A stretch of 64,000 nt of DNA from an uncultured Solirubrobacterales bacterium (GCA_963744195.1 CAVUSY010000009.1:225720-289719), one strand, 5' to 3'. Positions 31,027 to 40,992 are shown, counted from the stretch's first letter. The notes: generated by a model not told the origin, from the letters alone. Numbers and translations are program-made.

Positions 31027-31902
31027 GTGAGCGGCGGCTCCGTCCTGGTCGTCGGGTCCATCAACGAGGACGTCGTTCTGCGCGTCGCCAAAGCGCCCGC
31101 GCCGGGCGAGACGCTGATGGCCACCGGTATGAGCCGTCAGCCCGGCGGCAAGGGGGCCAACCAGGCGGTCGCCGCGGCGTGCGCCGGCGCCGCTGTGTAC
31201 ATGCTCGGCCGCGTCGGCGACGATCCGGCCGGTGCCCGCATGCTCGAGGCGCTGCGCGCGGCCGGAGTGCAGACCGACCACATCGAGGTGATGCCGGATG
31301 TGGCCACCGGCACGGCGTACATCACGGTGACACCCGACGGCGAGAACACGATCGTGCTCGACCCCGGAGCGAACTCGCGCCTGTCCCCGGCCGACGTGGA
31401 CGCCGCCCGCGACGCGCTGGCGTCGGCCCGGGTGATGCTCGCTCAGCTGGAGGTGCCGGTCGACACGGTTGCGGCCGCGGTGCAGCTCGCCGTCGCCAGC
31501 GGGGTGAGACCCGTGGTGACGCTGTCGCCGGCGCAGGCCGTACCAGGAGAGCTCCTGAGCGGGCTTGACCCCCTGCTGGTCAACCAGCCCGAGGCGGAGT
31601 TCCTGCTCGACGACGATCAGGCGCTTGATGATCCCGAGCAGGCGGCCGGTCGATTGCTCGAGCTCGGACCTCGCTCGGTGGTGATCACCCTGGGGGCCGA
31701 AGGGGCGGTGTTCGCCGATCACTCCGGCCTGGGCCGGTTACCGGCCCAGCCGGTGGAGCACGTGGTCGACACCACCGGGGCCGGCGACGCCTTCGCCGGT
31801 GCTCTGGCGGCAGAGCTGGCCGGCGGCGGCGGGCTCGCTGACGGGGTCAAGGCAGGCCTGGCCGCCGCCGCCCTCGCGGTCGGGCGGGCCGGGGCCCGGT
31901 GA
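31027..31902 (+). CDS. rbsK: Ribokinase / PfkB family kinase
   Basis: VVGSINED, PGGKGANQA, QLEVP, DTTGAGDAF. Confidence 0.85.
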   Translation: MSGGSVLVVGSINEDVVLRVAKAPAPGETLMATGMSRQPGGKGANQAVAAACAGAAVYMLGRVGDDPAGARMLEALRAAGVQTDHIEVMPDVATGTAYITVTPDGENTIVLDPGANSRLSPADVDAARDALASARVMLAQLEVPVDTVAAAVQLAVASGVRPVVTLSPAQAVPGELLSGLDPLLVNQPEAEFLLDDDQALDDPEQAAGRLLELGPRSVVITLGAEGAVFADHSGLGRLPAQPVEHVVDTTGAGDAFAGALAAELAGGGGLADGVKAGLAAAALAVGRAGAR

Positions 31903-31924
31903 GACGGTACCGGTGCGGACTCTG

Positions 31925-34273
31925 TCAGCGGCCTGCCTCGGGCTCCCGCGGCCGTCCGGGCGGCCGCCGTCCGGGCGGCGGGTGGGTCCGAGGCGGTCCA
32001 CCCGCCCGGTCGATCGCCGCTGACCCGCGTGGCAGCGGCAGGACCCGCAGCCTCGTCGCCTGCGCCACCGGCGTCTTGGTGATCATCACCGCCTGCCCGG
32101 TCGGCAGGGATTTGATCTCGTTCGGATGCACGACGAATCGCTCGACCTGCCGGCGACTCCCGCGGTAGGAGCCGCGGCCGAGCGGGCCCTGGATGTTGCG
32201 GGTCTCCTCCCACACCTGTTCGGTGCCGATCATCTGCGCGATCGTCTGGGCCGAGGCGGGGACGTCCTGGCGATGGGCCAGCTTGAGCGACGTGATCCCG
32301 AGGACCTGATCACGGAATCCGGGCGCGGCGCGGTCCAGGTCGGCGAGCTCCTGGGTCGCCAGCAGCACCGCCGCACCCGCCTCCCGGCCGCGGGCCAGGA
32401 GCGCGAGCAGATTGTCGGCGCCCAGGGCGGAGAACTCGTCGATCGCGATCATCGCCTGTGCCGGCGCCTGGCCCGCCTCGTCGGTGAGCGACAGGCGGTG
32501 GCCCACTTGGCTGACCAGATCCTGGATCACGAGCGTGCCCAGCTGCGCTCCGAGCTTGCCGTATACGCTCGAGTTGAGGCTGAACAGGACCACGTCGCTG
32601 CCGTCCAGAGTGGCCCGCAGGTCGATCGTCACCTCTCCGGGCCGCGCCGGCGCGAGGTAGGGGCCGGCGTGGGATTCGCTTACGATCGCCAGGCGCGTGC
32701 CGAGCCCGCGGATCGCGCTCAGCTGGTCGGGAGTGAGGCTGGCCAGGTAATCCTGGACCCGCTCACAGAGCGGGCCGCTCAGGTGCCTGAGCATGGCCGA
32801 CAGCCGGCGCGGCTCCATCAGCTCCACCACCTCCTGGAGCTGGGTGCCCCGCCCTGGCCGCGCCGCATGCACGACCTGGATGACCGTCTGCACGTAGCGC
32901 TCCGCCGCGCGCTGATAGTGGGGCTCGGTGAATCGCTCGGTGGCGATCAGCTTGTCCTTGAGCGAGGTCGCGTTGCCGTGTTCGAGCGGGTTCCAATGAC
33001 CGGGGCCGTCCGGGGTCCAGAGCCGGAAGGGACGACCGGCGAGCGCTGCGGCCTGGCGGAGCTCATGGGCGAAGGCAGGCGAGCCCTTGAGGTCGATGGC
33101 GACCACCGGGCGTCCGCGGCGGATCTGCTGACACAGAATGCCCAGCAATGTCGTCGACTTGCCGGCTCCGCTCGCGCCCAGGATCAGGCCGTGGGCGGCG
33201 AGCTGGCGCTCGCTGAGATGCACCGGTCGACCGTGATCATCGACCCCGAGCACGACCCCGTCCCCGGGCGCGGTCGCCTCGCCGCGTCGACGCCGCGCGG
33301 CGCGGCGTATCGCCACCACGGCGGTCACCGCCACCGACGTGGCCGCCATGGCCGCGACCGCCCAGGCGAACGGGAGCACGATCAACACGGCGAAGGCCGG
33401 AAGCGTCCAGTAGGGGCGGCGGGGTGGGGGAAGGGCGTACCTCATCGGGTGCGGTCGACAGGTCGTGCCGGCCGTCGCTGCGCGATGGCCGTCGCGGGTT
33501 CGCTGGCGGGTCAGCGTCTGGTCCGGCCGCCGATCGCCCTCACCGAAGCGCACCCGCTGGACGTGCACCAGTGAGGAGAGGCCGAGCCTGGAGGCGGAGC
33601 GACTCACCGCGCGCCCGACCGACGGCGATTGGACCAGGTAGACGACGGCGTCGATGCGAGCGTCCGCCCCGTAGCCGGCCAGGATCCCCTCCCGCCGGGG
33701 GCGCGACTTGGACGAGAGCTCCAGCTCGAGCGCGACCCGGTGTCCGGACTCCATCTCGAGGATCAGATCGGGGTAGTGCAGTCGATCCCGGCCGCCCGGA
33801 CCAACGCCTCCGAGCCGAACCCCGTATCGGTCCGCACGGGACTGGGCGCGACCATCGTGGGACCGCAGGTGGCGCTCGGAGACCACCTCTCGCACCGGAC
33901 CGAAGGCACCGTCGCGCGCTGCGAGCCACAGCCAGGCCAGGCCGATGTCGTGACGATGGCAGCGGAGATCGACCGCGCGCGGCTTCGGAAGGTCGCTGGC
34001 GATCGCGCCCAGACCGGTGCGCGAGACCTGATACCAGCCCGGCGCAGCGTGAAGCTGCCGGTCCCGAACCACATATCCGGCCTGGCACAACAGGCGCAGC
34101 CGGGCGTAGGCCGCTCCGGCTGTGACCCCGAGCAGCACCTGTATGTGGCTGCTCAGCAAGAACCGGTGCGCGGCCATGAACGAGAGCAGGTCATGGTCGC
34201 GGTCGGTGAGATGAACCCCGCGTCTTCTCCGGATGGTCCGCCTGACGGCTCGAGCAGGGGCGTCGTGTTCCAC
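31925..34273 (-). mobile_element. Orphan mobilisation module: MOB_C/Replic_Relax-type relaxase (about 33446-34273) plus TrwB/TraD-type coupling protein (31925-33445), one open frame
   Basis: N-part: LTDRD wHTH-like start and PD..x12..ELELSSK PD-(D/E)xK motif. C-part: TM segment(s), Walker A GASGAGKS, IDLKG, WNPL, Walker B IAIDEF, LATQ, VHPNEIKSL. Confidence 0.8.
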
Positions 34274-34337
34274 ACTGCATTGAGGCCGGCGCGAGCCGAT
34301 TGTCGCCCCCCGGGCTCAGCCCGGCGGCGCCCGGGAA

Positions 34338-35327
34338 TCAGGCCACGATGAGCATGGTATGTGGCTTGGCCGAGAAGGCGGCCTCTTTCACCTCGCCGAT
34401 GTAGTCGCCGTCGACCTGCAGCGGGAGGGCGCGGTCGTCGAGCGAGCGGACCCCGAGTCCCGCGAGCGCGCTGAACGGATGCACCCGGCGGTGGCGCGCC
34501 ACCCGCGCCCGGCGCGACAGCGCCCGCCACGTGATCGTGGGGATGTCGATCGGGCTGGCGCGCTTGAGCACCACCCCGGCCAGATCGCCGCTGTCGAGCG
34601 TTGCGCCTTCGCCCATGTGGACCGCGCGCTGGCCGAAGAACGTGTACGGCGCGGCGTTCTGGACGATCACCGTCACCCCGGCGATCCGCTCGCCGTTGAG
34701 GTCGGCCTCCAGCCGCGGCGGCCGCAGCAGGTAGCGCCGGTTGAACGTTCTGATCCCCGTCCACGCGTAGTACCACTCGCCCATGCGGACCTTCAGGCGT
34801 GGGTGGGCGTCGACCTGCTGCACCACGCTCGCATCGAGTCCGACTCCGGCCGAGAACAGAAAGTAACGGTCGTTGACGAGGCCGACGTCAACCCGCCGCG
34901 GGTGCCAGTCGTGGGCCAGCCCCAGCAGGTGCTCGGTCGCGTCGACCACGTCGGTTGGAATCCCCAACATCCGGCAGTACACGTTGGTGCGCCCGCCCGG
35001 CAGGCAGCAGAGCGGCGTCTCGGAGCCAACCAGCCCGTTGGCGGCCTCGTTGACGGTCCCGTCGCCGCCGAAGGCCACCACCACGTCGTAACCCTGGCGG
35101 GCCGCCTCGCGACAGAGCTCGGTGGCGTGATCGCGGGCTTCGGTATCGACGGCGTCGACCTGATAGCGGCCGCGCAGCGCGTACACCACCAGGTTCTTGA
35201 GCCGGTCGGAGACCGTGGTGGCATACGGGTTGACGATCACCAGCATGCGCCGGCTGGGCACGCCGGACTGCTCGAGCCCGACCATGGCCTCGAGGCGGTC
35301 CAGCGGATCGGTCGAGGCGGTCGCCAT
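34338..35327 (-). CDS. Diacylglycerol kinase family lipid kinase
   Basis: IVNPYA, FGGDGTVNEAANG, LPGGRTN, LQVDGD. Confidence 0.9.
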   Translation of the reverse strand: MATASTDPLDRLEAMVGLEQSGVPSRRMLVIVNPYATTVSDRLKNLVVYALRGRYQVDAVDTEARDHATELCREAARQGYDVVVAFGGDGTVNEAANGLVGSETPLCCLPGGRTNVYCRMLGIPTDVVDATEHLLGLAHDWHPRRVDVGLVNDRYFLFSAGVGLDASVVQQVDAHPRLKVRMGEWYYAWTGIRTFNRRYLLRPPRLEADLNGERIAGVTVIVQNAAPYTFFGQRAVHMGEGATLDSGDLAGVVLKRASPIDIPTITWRALSRRARVARHRRVHPFSALAGLGVRSLDDRALPLQVDGDYIGEVKEAAFSAKPHTMLIVA

Positions 35328-35447
35328 CGCCCATTGCCAACACCGATAGAGGCGGGTCGTTACGCCACTACAGTCGCATCGGCCCGGCGGTCCCGTGTTT
35401 CATCGTGTCGGGGGACCGGGCCGCTGGCGGACGGCCGGGCGCCTGGC

Positions 35448-35453
35448 TATACT
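35448..35453 (+). promoter_or_regulatory. -10 box of the riboswitch transcript
   Basis: TATACT about 20 nt upstream of the aptamer. Confidence 0.6.
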
Positions 35454-35471
35454 CCCGCCCACATAGCAGTA

Positions 35472-35577
35472 CGCATCACGAGGGGTGGAGGGACTGGCCC
35501 TATGAAACCCCGGCAACCTCCCGCAAGGGAAAGGTGCCAATTCCATCAGGCTCCAACAACAGGCCTGGGAGATGTGG
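35472..35577 (+). promoter_or_regulatory. SAM-I riboswitch aptamer
   Basis: CATC..GAG..GGAGGGACTGGCCC.ATGAAACC..GGCAACC...GGTGCCAATTCC...GATG, matching the S-box pattern. Confidence 0.93.
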
Positions 35578-35594
35578 AAAGGGCGGTTTCATGG

Positions 35595-35627
35595 ACCTCC
35601 GACCACAGACCCCGGCGGAGGTTTTTT
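35595..35627 (+). terminator. Riboswitch expression-platform hairpin with U-tract
   Basis: ACCTCCG...CGGAGGT followed by a T run; the 3' arm contains the SD sequence GGAGG. Confidence 0.7.
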
Positions 35628-35632
35628 CACAT

Positions 35633-36868
35633 ATGCCGCCAGAGTCGCTTCGCTGTAAGGAATGCAAGACCACCTACCCGCTTGACGCGAGGTACGTCTG
35701 CGAGCAGTGCTTCGGCCCGCTCGAGGTCGCCTACGCCTCGCGTGACGGGATCGATCCGGCCGCGCTGAAGCGCCGCATCCAGGCCGGGCCGCACTCGCTG
35801 TGGCGCTACGGGGACTTCCTGCCCGTCCAGACCCCTCCGCAGGGGACCCTGGCCGCCGGGTGGACGCCGCTGCTGCGGGCCGATCGCCTGGGCGAGCGCC
35901 TCGGCCTCAAAGAGGTATGGATCAAGAACGACGCCGCCAACCCCACGCATTCGTTCAAGGACCGGGTGGTATCGGTGGCGCTGGCGCGGGCGCGCGAGCT
36001 CGGGTTCGAGACGGTGGCCTGCGCCTCGACGGGCAACCTCGCCAACGCGGTCGCGGCCCACGCAGCGGCGGCGGGGCTGGAGTCCTACGTGTTCATCCCT
36101 TCCGACCTGGAGGAGCAGAAGGTGCTCGCGACCGGCATCTACGGGACCAATCTCGTGGCCGTACGCGGCAACTACGACGACGTGAACCGTCTCTGCACCG
36201 AGCTCTCGGGCGAGCACGACTGGGCGTTCGTGAACATCAATATGCGTCCCTATTACGCCGAGGGCTCCAAGACACTGGCCTACGAGACCGCCGAGCAGCT
36301 CGGGTTCGAGCTGCCCGACCGGGTGGTCTGCCCGATCGCCTCGGGCTCGCTGTTCACAAAGGTGGCGCGCGGCTTTGAGGAGTGGATCGAGCTCGGTCTG
36401 CTCGAGGGCCAGCGGCCGATCTTCAACGGCGCGCAGGCAGCCGGGTGCTCGCCGGTGGCCAGTGCCTTCGCCGCCGGGCAGGACTTCTGCCGCCCGGTCA
36501 AGCCGGACACGATCGCCAAGTCGCTGGCAATCGGCAATCCCGCCGACGGGCCGTATGCGCTCGACCTGGCCCGCAGCAGCGGCGGATCGGTGGACTCGGT
36601 CACCGACGACGAGATCCGCGAGGGCATAAAGCTGCTGGCCCAGACCACCGGCGTGTTCACCGAGACGGCCGGCGGGGTCACCACCGCGGTGCTGGCCAAG
36701 CTGGCCGAGCGCGGCGACATCGACCCCGACGAGCGCGTCGTGGTCTACATCACCGGCGAAGGCCTCAAGACCCTGGACTGCGCGCGAGGGACCTTTGAGA
36801 CCTGGGAAATCGACCCGACCGTGGCGTCGTTTGACCGTGCCACTGAGCACGTCGTCGCCCTGACATAG
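35633..36868 (+). CDS. Threonine-synthase-like PLP enzyme (candidate homocysteine synthase)
   Basis: N-terminal CxxC..CxxC, NPTHSFKDR, CASTGNLA, EGSKT, IAKSLAIGNPADG; under SAM-I control. Confidence 0.88.
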   Translation: MPPESLRCKECKTTYPLDARYVCEQCFGPLEVAYASRDGIDPAALKRRIQAGPHSLWRYGDFLPVQTPPQGTLAAGWTPLLRADRLGERLGLKEVWIKNDAANPTHSFKDRVVSVALARARELGFETVACASTGNLANAVAAHAAAAGLESYVFIPSDLEEQKVLATGIYGTNLVAVRGNYDDVNRLCTELSGEHDWAFVNINMRPYYAEGSKTLAYETAEQLGFELPDRVVCPIASGSLFTKVARGFEEWIELGLLEGQRPIFNGAQAAGCSPVASAFAAGQDFCRPVKPDTIAKSLAIGNPADGPYALDLARSSGGSVDSVTDDEIREGIKLLAQTTGVFTETAGGVTTAVLAKLAERGDIDPDERVVVYITGEGLKTLDCARGTFETWEIDPTVASFDRATEHVVALT

Positions 36869-36882
36869 ACTTCCGGCTGCCG

Positions 36883-37155
36883 ATGTCCGTAAGCGTCAAG
36901 ATTCCCACCCAGCTGCGGGCCGCCACCGAGGGCGAGGCGCAGGCCAGCGTCGACGGCTCCACGGTCGGCGAGGTGCTCGACGCGCTGTACGAGCGCTACG
37001 GCGAGCTCCGCAGCCGGATCGCCGAGGACGGCGGGCTGCGGCGGTTCGTCAACGTCTACGTCGACGGTGAGGACATCCGCTTCCTGGATGGTCTCGACAC
37101 CGAGGTGCAGGACGGCAACGAGGTGACGATCCTGCCCGCCGTGGCCGGCGGTTAG
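36883..37155 (+). CDS. MoaD/ThiS family sulfur-carrier protein
   Basis: Beta-grasp fold, LRRFVNVYV, C-terminal PAVAGG diglycine. Confidence 0.93.
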   Translation: MSVSVKIPTQLRAATEGEAQASVDGSTVGEVLDALYERYGELRSRIAEDGGLRRFVNVYVDGEDIRFLDGLDTEVQDGNEVTILPAVAGG

Positions 37156-37193
37156 ATCGACAAAGCGGGCCCGGCCTGTCGAAGATGACGGCG

Positions 37194-37892
37194 CTAGCGC
37201 GTCGGCGGCGCTGCGCTCGAAGCCGCCACGCCGGTTCCGACCGCTGACGCGCCGAGTCCCACCGGGCAGCTGACGCCGGTGCCGCCGAGGCCGCAGTAGC
37301 CCCAGGGGTTCTTGTGCAGGTACTGCTGGTGGTAATCCTCGGCGTAGTAGAACGTGCCGGCCGGGGCGATCTCGGTCGTGATCTCCGGAAAGCCGGCCGC
37401 CCGCAGCCGCTCGCCGTACGCGGCGCGCGACGCCTCGGCAGTCTGGCGCTCCTCGTCGGTGGTCCACAGGATCGCCGAGCGGTACTGAGTGCCGACGTCG
37501 TTGCCCTGGCGCATCCCCTGGGTGGGGTCGTGGTTCTCCCAGAACAGACGCAGGATCTCCTCGTAGGAGGTCTTGGCCGGGTCGAATACGACCAGGACGG
37601 CCTCGGTGTGACCGGTGCGGCCGGTGCAGGTCTCCTCGTAGGTGGGGTTGGGCGTGAAGCCGCCGGCGTAGCCGACCGCCGTCGTGTACACCCCGGGTAC
37701 CTGCCAGAAGACCTTTTCGGCCCCCCAGAAGCAGCCCATACCCACGATCGCCTGCTGAAGGCCCTCGGGGAAGGGCGGCCTCATCGGCGTCCCCAGCACG
37801 GCGTGGCGGTCCGCCACGGGAATCTCCTGCTCACGGCCGGGGAGCGCGGAGGAGGAATCGACCATCGAGGTCTTATTGAATAGTCCGAACAT
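37194..37892 (-). CDS. msrA: Peptide methionine sulfoxide reductase A
   Basis: [31 protein letters not shown]. Confidence 0.97.
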   Translation of the reverse strand: MFGLFNKTSMVDSSSALPGREQEIPVADRHAVLGTPMRPPFPEGLQQAIVGMGCFWGAEKVFWQVPGVYTTAVGYAGGFTPNPTYEETCTGRTGHTEAVLVVFDPAKTSYEEILRLFWENHDPTQGMRQGNDVGTQYRSAILWTTDEERQTAEASRAAYGERLRAAGFPEITTEIAPAGTFYYAEDYHQQYLHKNPWGYCGLGGTGVSCPVGLGASAVGTGVAASSAAPPTR

Positions 37893-37991
37893 GTCCTCAA
37901 GACTACGCCGTCGCGATTAACGGCCGGAAAACCCGCGGCCTCGGGGCATGAGCCGGGCCGGTGGCGCTGGCGGATGCGCAAGACTAGGGGC

Positions 37992-38801
37992 GTGAGCGAT
38001 CCGGACACCCAGAGGGCCCGTTTCAGGCTCCGCTCCCTGGCGGCCGCCGTGGCGGCGCTGATCCCGGCCATCCCGATCGTGATCGCGCTGCTGCTGAGCT
38101 CCGGGGGCGCCCGGGCCGGCACCACTACCACGACGACGGCGAGGGCGTTGTTCGTCCCGGTCCCCGCCACCAAGGCGCCACCCCAGAACCTGTTGCTGCC
38201 GCCCGGCAACGGGGCGCTCGTCGCGCTCCTGGCGCACGGCACGGTGATGCGCTCGGCTCCCGGCGGCCGCGTGTTCGCCAAGCTCGCCACCCGCACCGGG
38301 TTCGGTTCCCCGCAGGCGTTCTGGGTGGTGCGCCTGTCCGGCGACTGGCTGGGAGTGGTCAGCCCGCAGGCCGGCAACGGCAAGGTCGGCTGGATCCCCG
38401 CCTCGGCCGCGTCGCTGACGCGCGTCGACTGGGAGCTGAAGGTGTCGCTGTCTCATCGCGAGCTGACCGTGCTGGAGAACGGCACGGTGCGAGAGCGCTA
38501 CCCGGTGGCGATCGGGAAGCCGAGTGCGCCGACACCCACCGGCCGCTTCGCGGTCACCGACCGGCTCAACACGGGCAACCCCGGCGGACCCTACGGGTGC
38601 TGCATCCTGGCCCTGTCAGCGGTGGCGCCGCATGCGATTCAGGGCTGGAGCGGCGGCAACCGGATCGCCATCCACTCGACTCCAGACACATCGACCATCG
38701 GCCAGGCCATCAGCCACGGCTGCGTGCACGTGAACCTGGCCCAGGGCCGGTGGTTGCTGAACCACATCCCGATCGGCACGCCGACCCTGGTCACCGGCTG
38801 A
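37992..38801 (+). CDS. L,D-transpeptidase (YkuD family)
   Basis: N-terminal TM/signal, VAIGKPSAPTPTG, IAIHS...SHGCV. Confidence 0.9.
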   Translation: MSDPDTQRARFRLRSLAAAVAALIPAIPIVIALLLSSGGARAGTTTTTTARALFVPVPATKAPPQNLLLPPGNGALVALLAHGTVMRSAPGGRVFAKLATRTGFGSPQAFWVVRLSGDWLGVVSPQAGNGKVGWIPASAASLTRVDWELKVSLSHRELTVLENGTVRERYPVAIGKPSAPTPTGRFAVTDRLNTGNPGGPYGCCILALSAVAPHAIQGWSGGNRIAIHSTPDTSTIGQAISHGCVHVNLAQGRWLLNHIPIGTPTLVTG

Positions 38802-38832
38802 GGACTCCCCACCGCGCGCGGCGAGCACCCCC

Positions 38833-39600
38833 TCACGCATCGCCCTCGCCGCTGGCGCGGCGGATCTTCTCGATCGCCGACCGCAGGAGCCGGGACACCT
38901 GCATCTGCGAGGTGCCCACCCGTCGGGCGATCTCCGACTGCGTGAGATCCCGGCCGAAGCGCAGGTACAGGATCATCCGATCGGCGTCGGAGAGCGACTC
39001 GACACCCTTTGCGATCACGCTCAGGTATTCCGCCTGCTCCAGGCGCTCGTCCTCGGCGCCGAGCACCTGCGCCGGCCTCAGCGCCGTGGACTCGTCGTCG
39101 TCGGGGCCGGCGTCCAGCGGGGCGGCATGGCGGCCGTGATAGGCCTCGATCGCCTCGAGCGTCTGCTCCTCGCTCGCCCCCAGCGCCTCGGCGAGCTCGG
39201 GTAGGGACGGGGAGCGGCCGAGGCGTGAGGACAGCTGGTCGGTGACGGCGGCCAGCTCGACCGCGCGCTCCTTGACGCCACGGGGAACGTGCACCGCCCA
39301 ACCGCTATCGCGGAAGTAGCGCTTGAGCTCGCCCAGCATGGTCGGTGTCGCGTAGCTGGTGAAGGCGAAGCCGCGGGCGGGATCGAAGCGGGCGATCGCC
39401 TTCAGGAGCCCCAGCCGGGCCACCTGGGTCAGATCGTCCAGCGGCTCACCGCGGGAGTGATAGCGGCGCGCCACGCTCCGGGCGAGCGGCTCGAAGCGGC
39501 GTACGAGCTCCTCCACGATCGCCGGATCGGGTTCCTCGCGATGGAGCCGGAACAACTCCTCGGTGGACAGCACCCGCAGCTGATCACGGCCGGAGGTCAC
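38833..39600 (-). CDS. SigB/SigF family sigma factor
   Basis: DDLTQVA.LGLLKAI.RFDP.RG..F.SYA.PT..GELKRYFRD; TQSEIA..SQMQVSRLL. Confidence 0.94.
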   Translation of the reverse strand: MTSGRDQLRVLSTEELFRLHREEPDPAIVEELVRRFEPLARSVARRYHSRGEPLDDLTQVARLGLLKAIARFDPARGFAFTSYATPTMLGELKRYFRDSGWAVHVPRGVKERAVELAAVTDQLSSRLGRSPSLPELAEALGASEEQTLEAIEAYHGRHAAPLDAGPDDDESTALRPAQVLGAEDERLEQAEYLSVIAKGVESLSDADRMILYLRFGRDLTQSEIARRVGTSQMQVSRLLRSAIEKIRRASGEGDA

Positions 39601-39719
39601 GCGTACCCCCTCCGCTGATCACGCCGCAAGGTCACGTCCGGCGCCGAACGCGTCTGGGCGTCCGGCGGTCCAAGTCTGCCGCCACATGCATCCTTCGTAC
39701 GTTGTGTCCGTACGACGGT

Positions 39720-39746
39720 CTGCCCCGGCAGCGCTCCGCCGAAAGC
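39720..39746 (-). promoter_or_regulatory. Putative SigB/SigF-type promoter upstream of the sigma gene
   Basis: GCTTT-N16-GGGCAG on the minus strand. Confidence 0.4.
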
Positions 39747-39838
39747 CTCCCCTCGCGGTCAGCTGGACGTCCTGAACGCGCGCACAGCGGGTTCCAGGCC
39801 AGTCGCCATCATACCGTCGCCACCGCCGCCGAGTGTGA

Positions 39839-40258
39839 TCAAGCGCTGTGGGCGGAGGTTCCGGATTCAACCGCCGGGGTCAGGACGAAGACCTCGACCT
39901 GAAGGTTCTGGTGCAGGTCGTTGGCACTCATGAAGGAGCGCACGGTGCGGCCCAGGGCGCGTGTCACGGCGGCGTTCATCGCCTCGCGCATGGCCTCCTG
40001 AAGCCCGATCCGGCCAGCCGCGACCAGTTCGGTCTTGTTGTTCTTCTCCAGGGTCTGCTCAGCCTTGGTGTAGCCGCCCTCGAGCAGGCAGACCACCAGA
40101 TCGCCGTCGATCGTGGTGCGAACGTTGGTGGGTCCACGACCGACGTACTCCTTGTGCAACCGCGAGATCGCATTGGACACCTCCAGCGACGGCCGCGAGT
40201 ACTGCCCGGGAGCATGCCCGTCGCCAAGAATCTCGGGATCAACGTTTTGCTCGAGCAC
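39839..40258 (-). CDS. DUF2294 (MpsC-like) protein
   Basis: SNAISRLHKEYVGRGPT...LVVCLLEGGYTKAEQTL...VRSFMS...EVFVL. Start uncertain (GTG 40258 or ATG 40354). Confidence 0.85.
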   Translation of the reverse strand: MLEQNVDPEILGDGHAPGQYSRPSLEVSNAISRLHKEYVGRGPTNVRTTIDGDLVVCLLEGGYTKAEQTLEKNNKTELVAAGRIGLQEAMREAMNAAVTRALGRTVRSFMSANDLHQNLQVEVFVLTPAVESGTSAHSA

Positions 40259-40353
40259 GACTGACGGGCGTCGGGCCTGCCCGGAGGGCAGGGTTGGTCT
40301 ACCCGCCTGTTCCGGCGCAGGTGATTGGTCCACAGGGCCTGGGTAGCCTGGCA

Positions 40354-40992
40354 TCAGCGATGACCAAGCCAGCGCGCCACGCGCTCAAGATCGGCCACGA
40401 ACTCGTCCATCGCGCTGTGGCGAGCCGGCTCATCCCGCATCCGCAGGATCGCCGACGGGTGGGTGGTGACGGTCACCAGGCCGGCCAGGTCGCTGTCGAC
40501 CGGCTGGCCGCGATCGCGCTGCACGCGGACATCCGGACCGAGCAGCGCCTGGGCCGCAGTCGCACCGAGGCACACCAGCGCTTCGGGGCTGACCATCGAC
40601 AGCTCGGCGTCCAGCCACGGCCTGCAGGCGGAGATGTGAACCGCCCCGGGCCGCTGGTGGATCCGGCGCTTGCCGCGCATCTTGTAGCGAAAGTGCTTGA
40701 CCACGTTGGTCACGAACACGTCCCGGCGTTCGATGCCCGCGCGCTCCAGACCGCTATCGAGCACGCGGCCGGCGGGTCCCACGAACGGGTGACCGTCAAT
40801 GTCCTCGCGGTCGCCCGGCTGCTCTCCCACCAGCATCAAGCGCGAGTTCGCGCGGCCCTCGCCCATCACCGCCTGGGTCGCTCGGGCTCCAAGCTCGCAG
40901 GCTCGGCACTCCTGCGCCGCCCGCCGCAGCCTGGGCAGCGTGGGACGGGCCGGGATCGGTGGGGGCGACGTCTGGGCGGCAGCTGGACACAT
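40354..40992 (-). CDS. udgX: UdgX family uracil-DNA binding protein
   Basis: CRAC Fe-S ligands, GEQPG, R-loop KRRIH, HPSAILR. Confidence 0.92.
   Translation of the reverse strand: MCPAAAQTSPPPIPARPTLPRLRRAAQECRACELGARATQAVMGEGRANSRLMLVGEQPGDREDIDGHPFVGPAGRVLDSGLERAGIERRDVFVTNVVKHFRYKMRGKRRIHQRPGAVHISACRPWLDAELSMVSPEALVCLGATAAQALLGPDVRVQRDRGQPVDSDLAGLVTVTTHPSAILRMRDEPARHSAMDEFVADLERVARWLGHR

Noticed and set aside
31860-31925. Ribokinase C-terminus truncated by insertion of the mobilisation module
   Set aside because: The protein ends early at GAR, but no duplicated 3' end is seen on the other flank and short ends may be natural; this needs orthologues.
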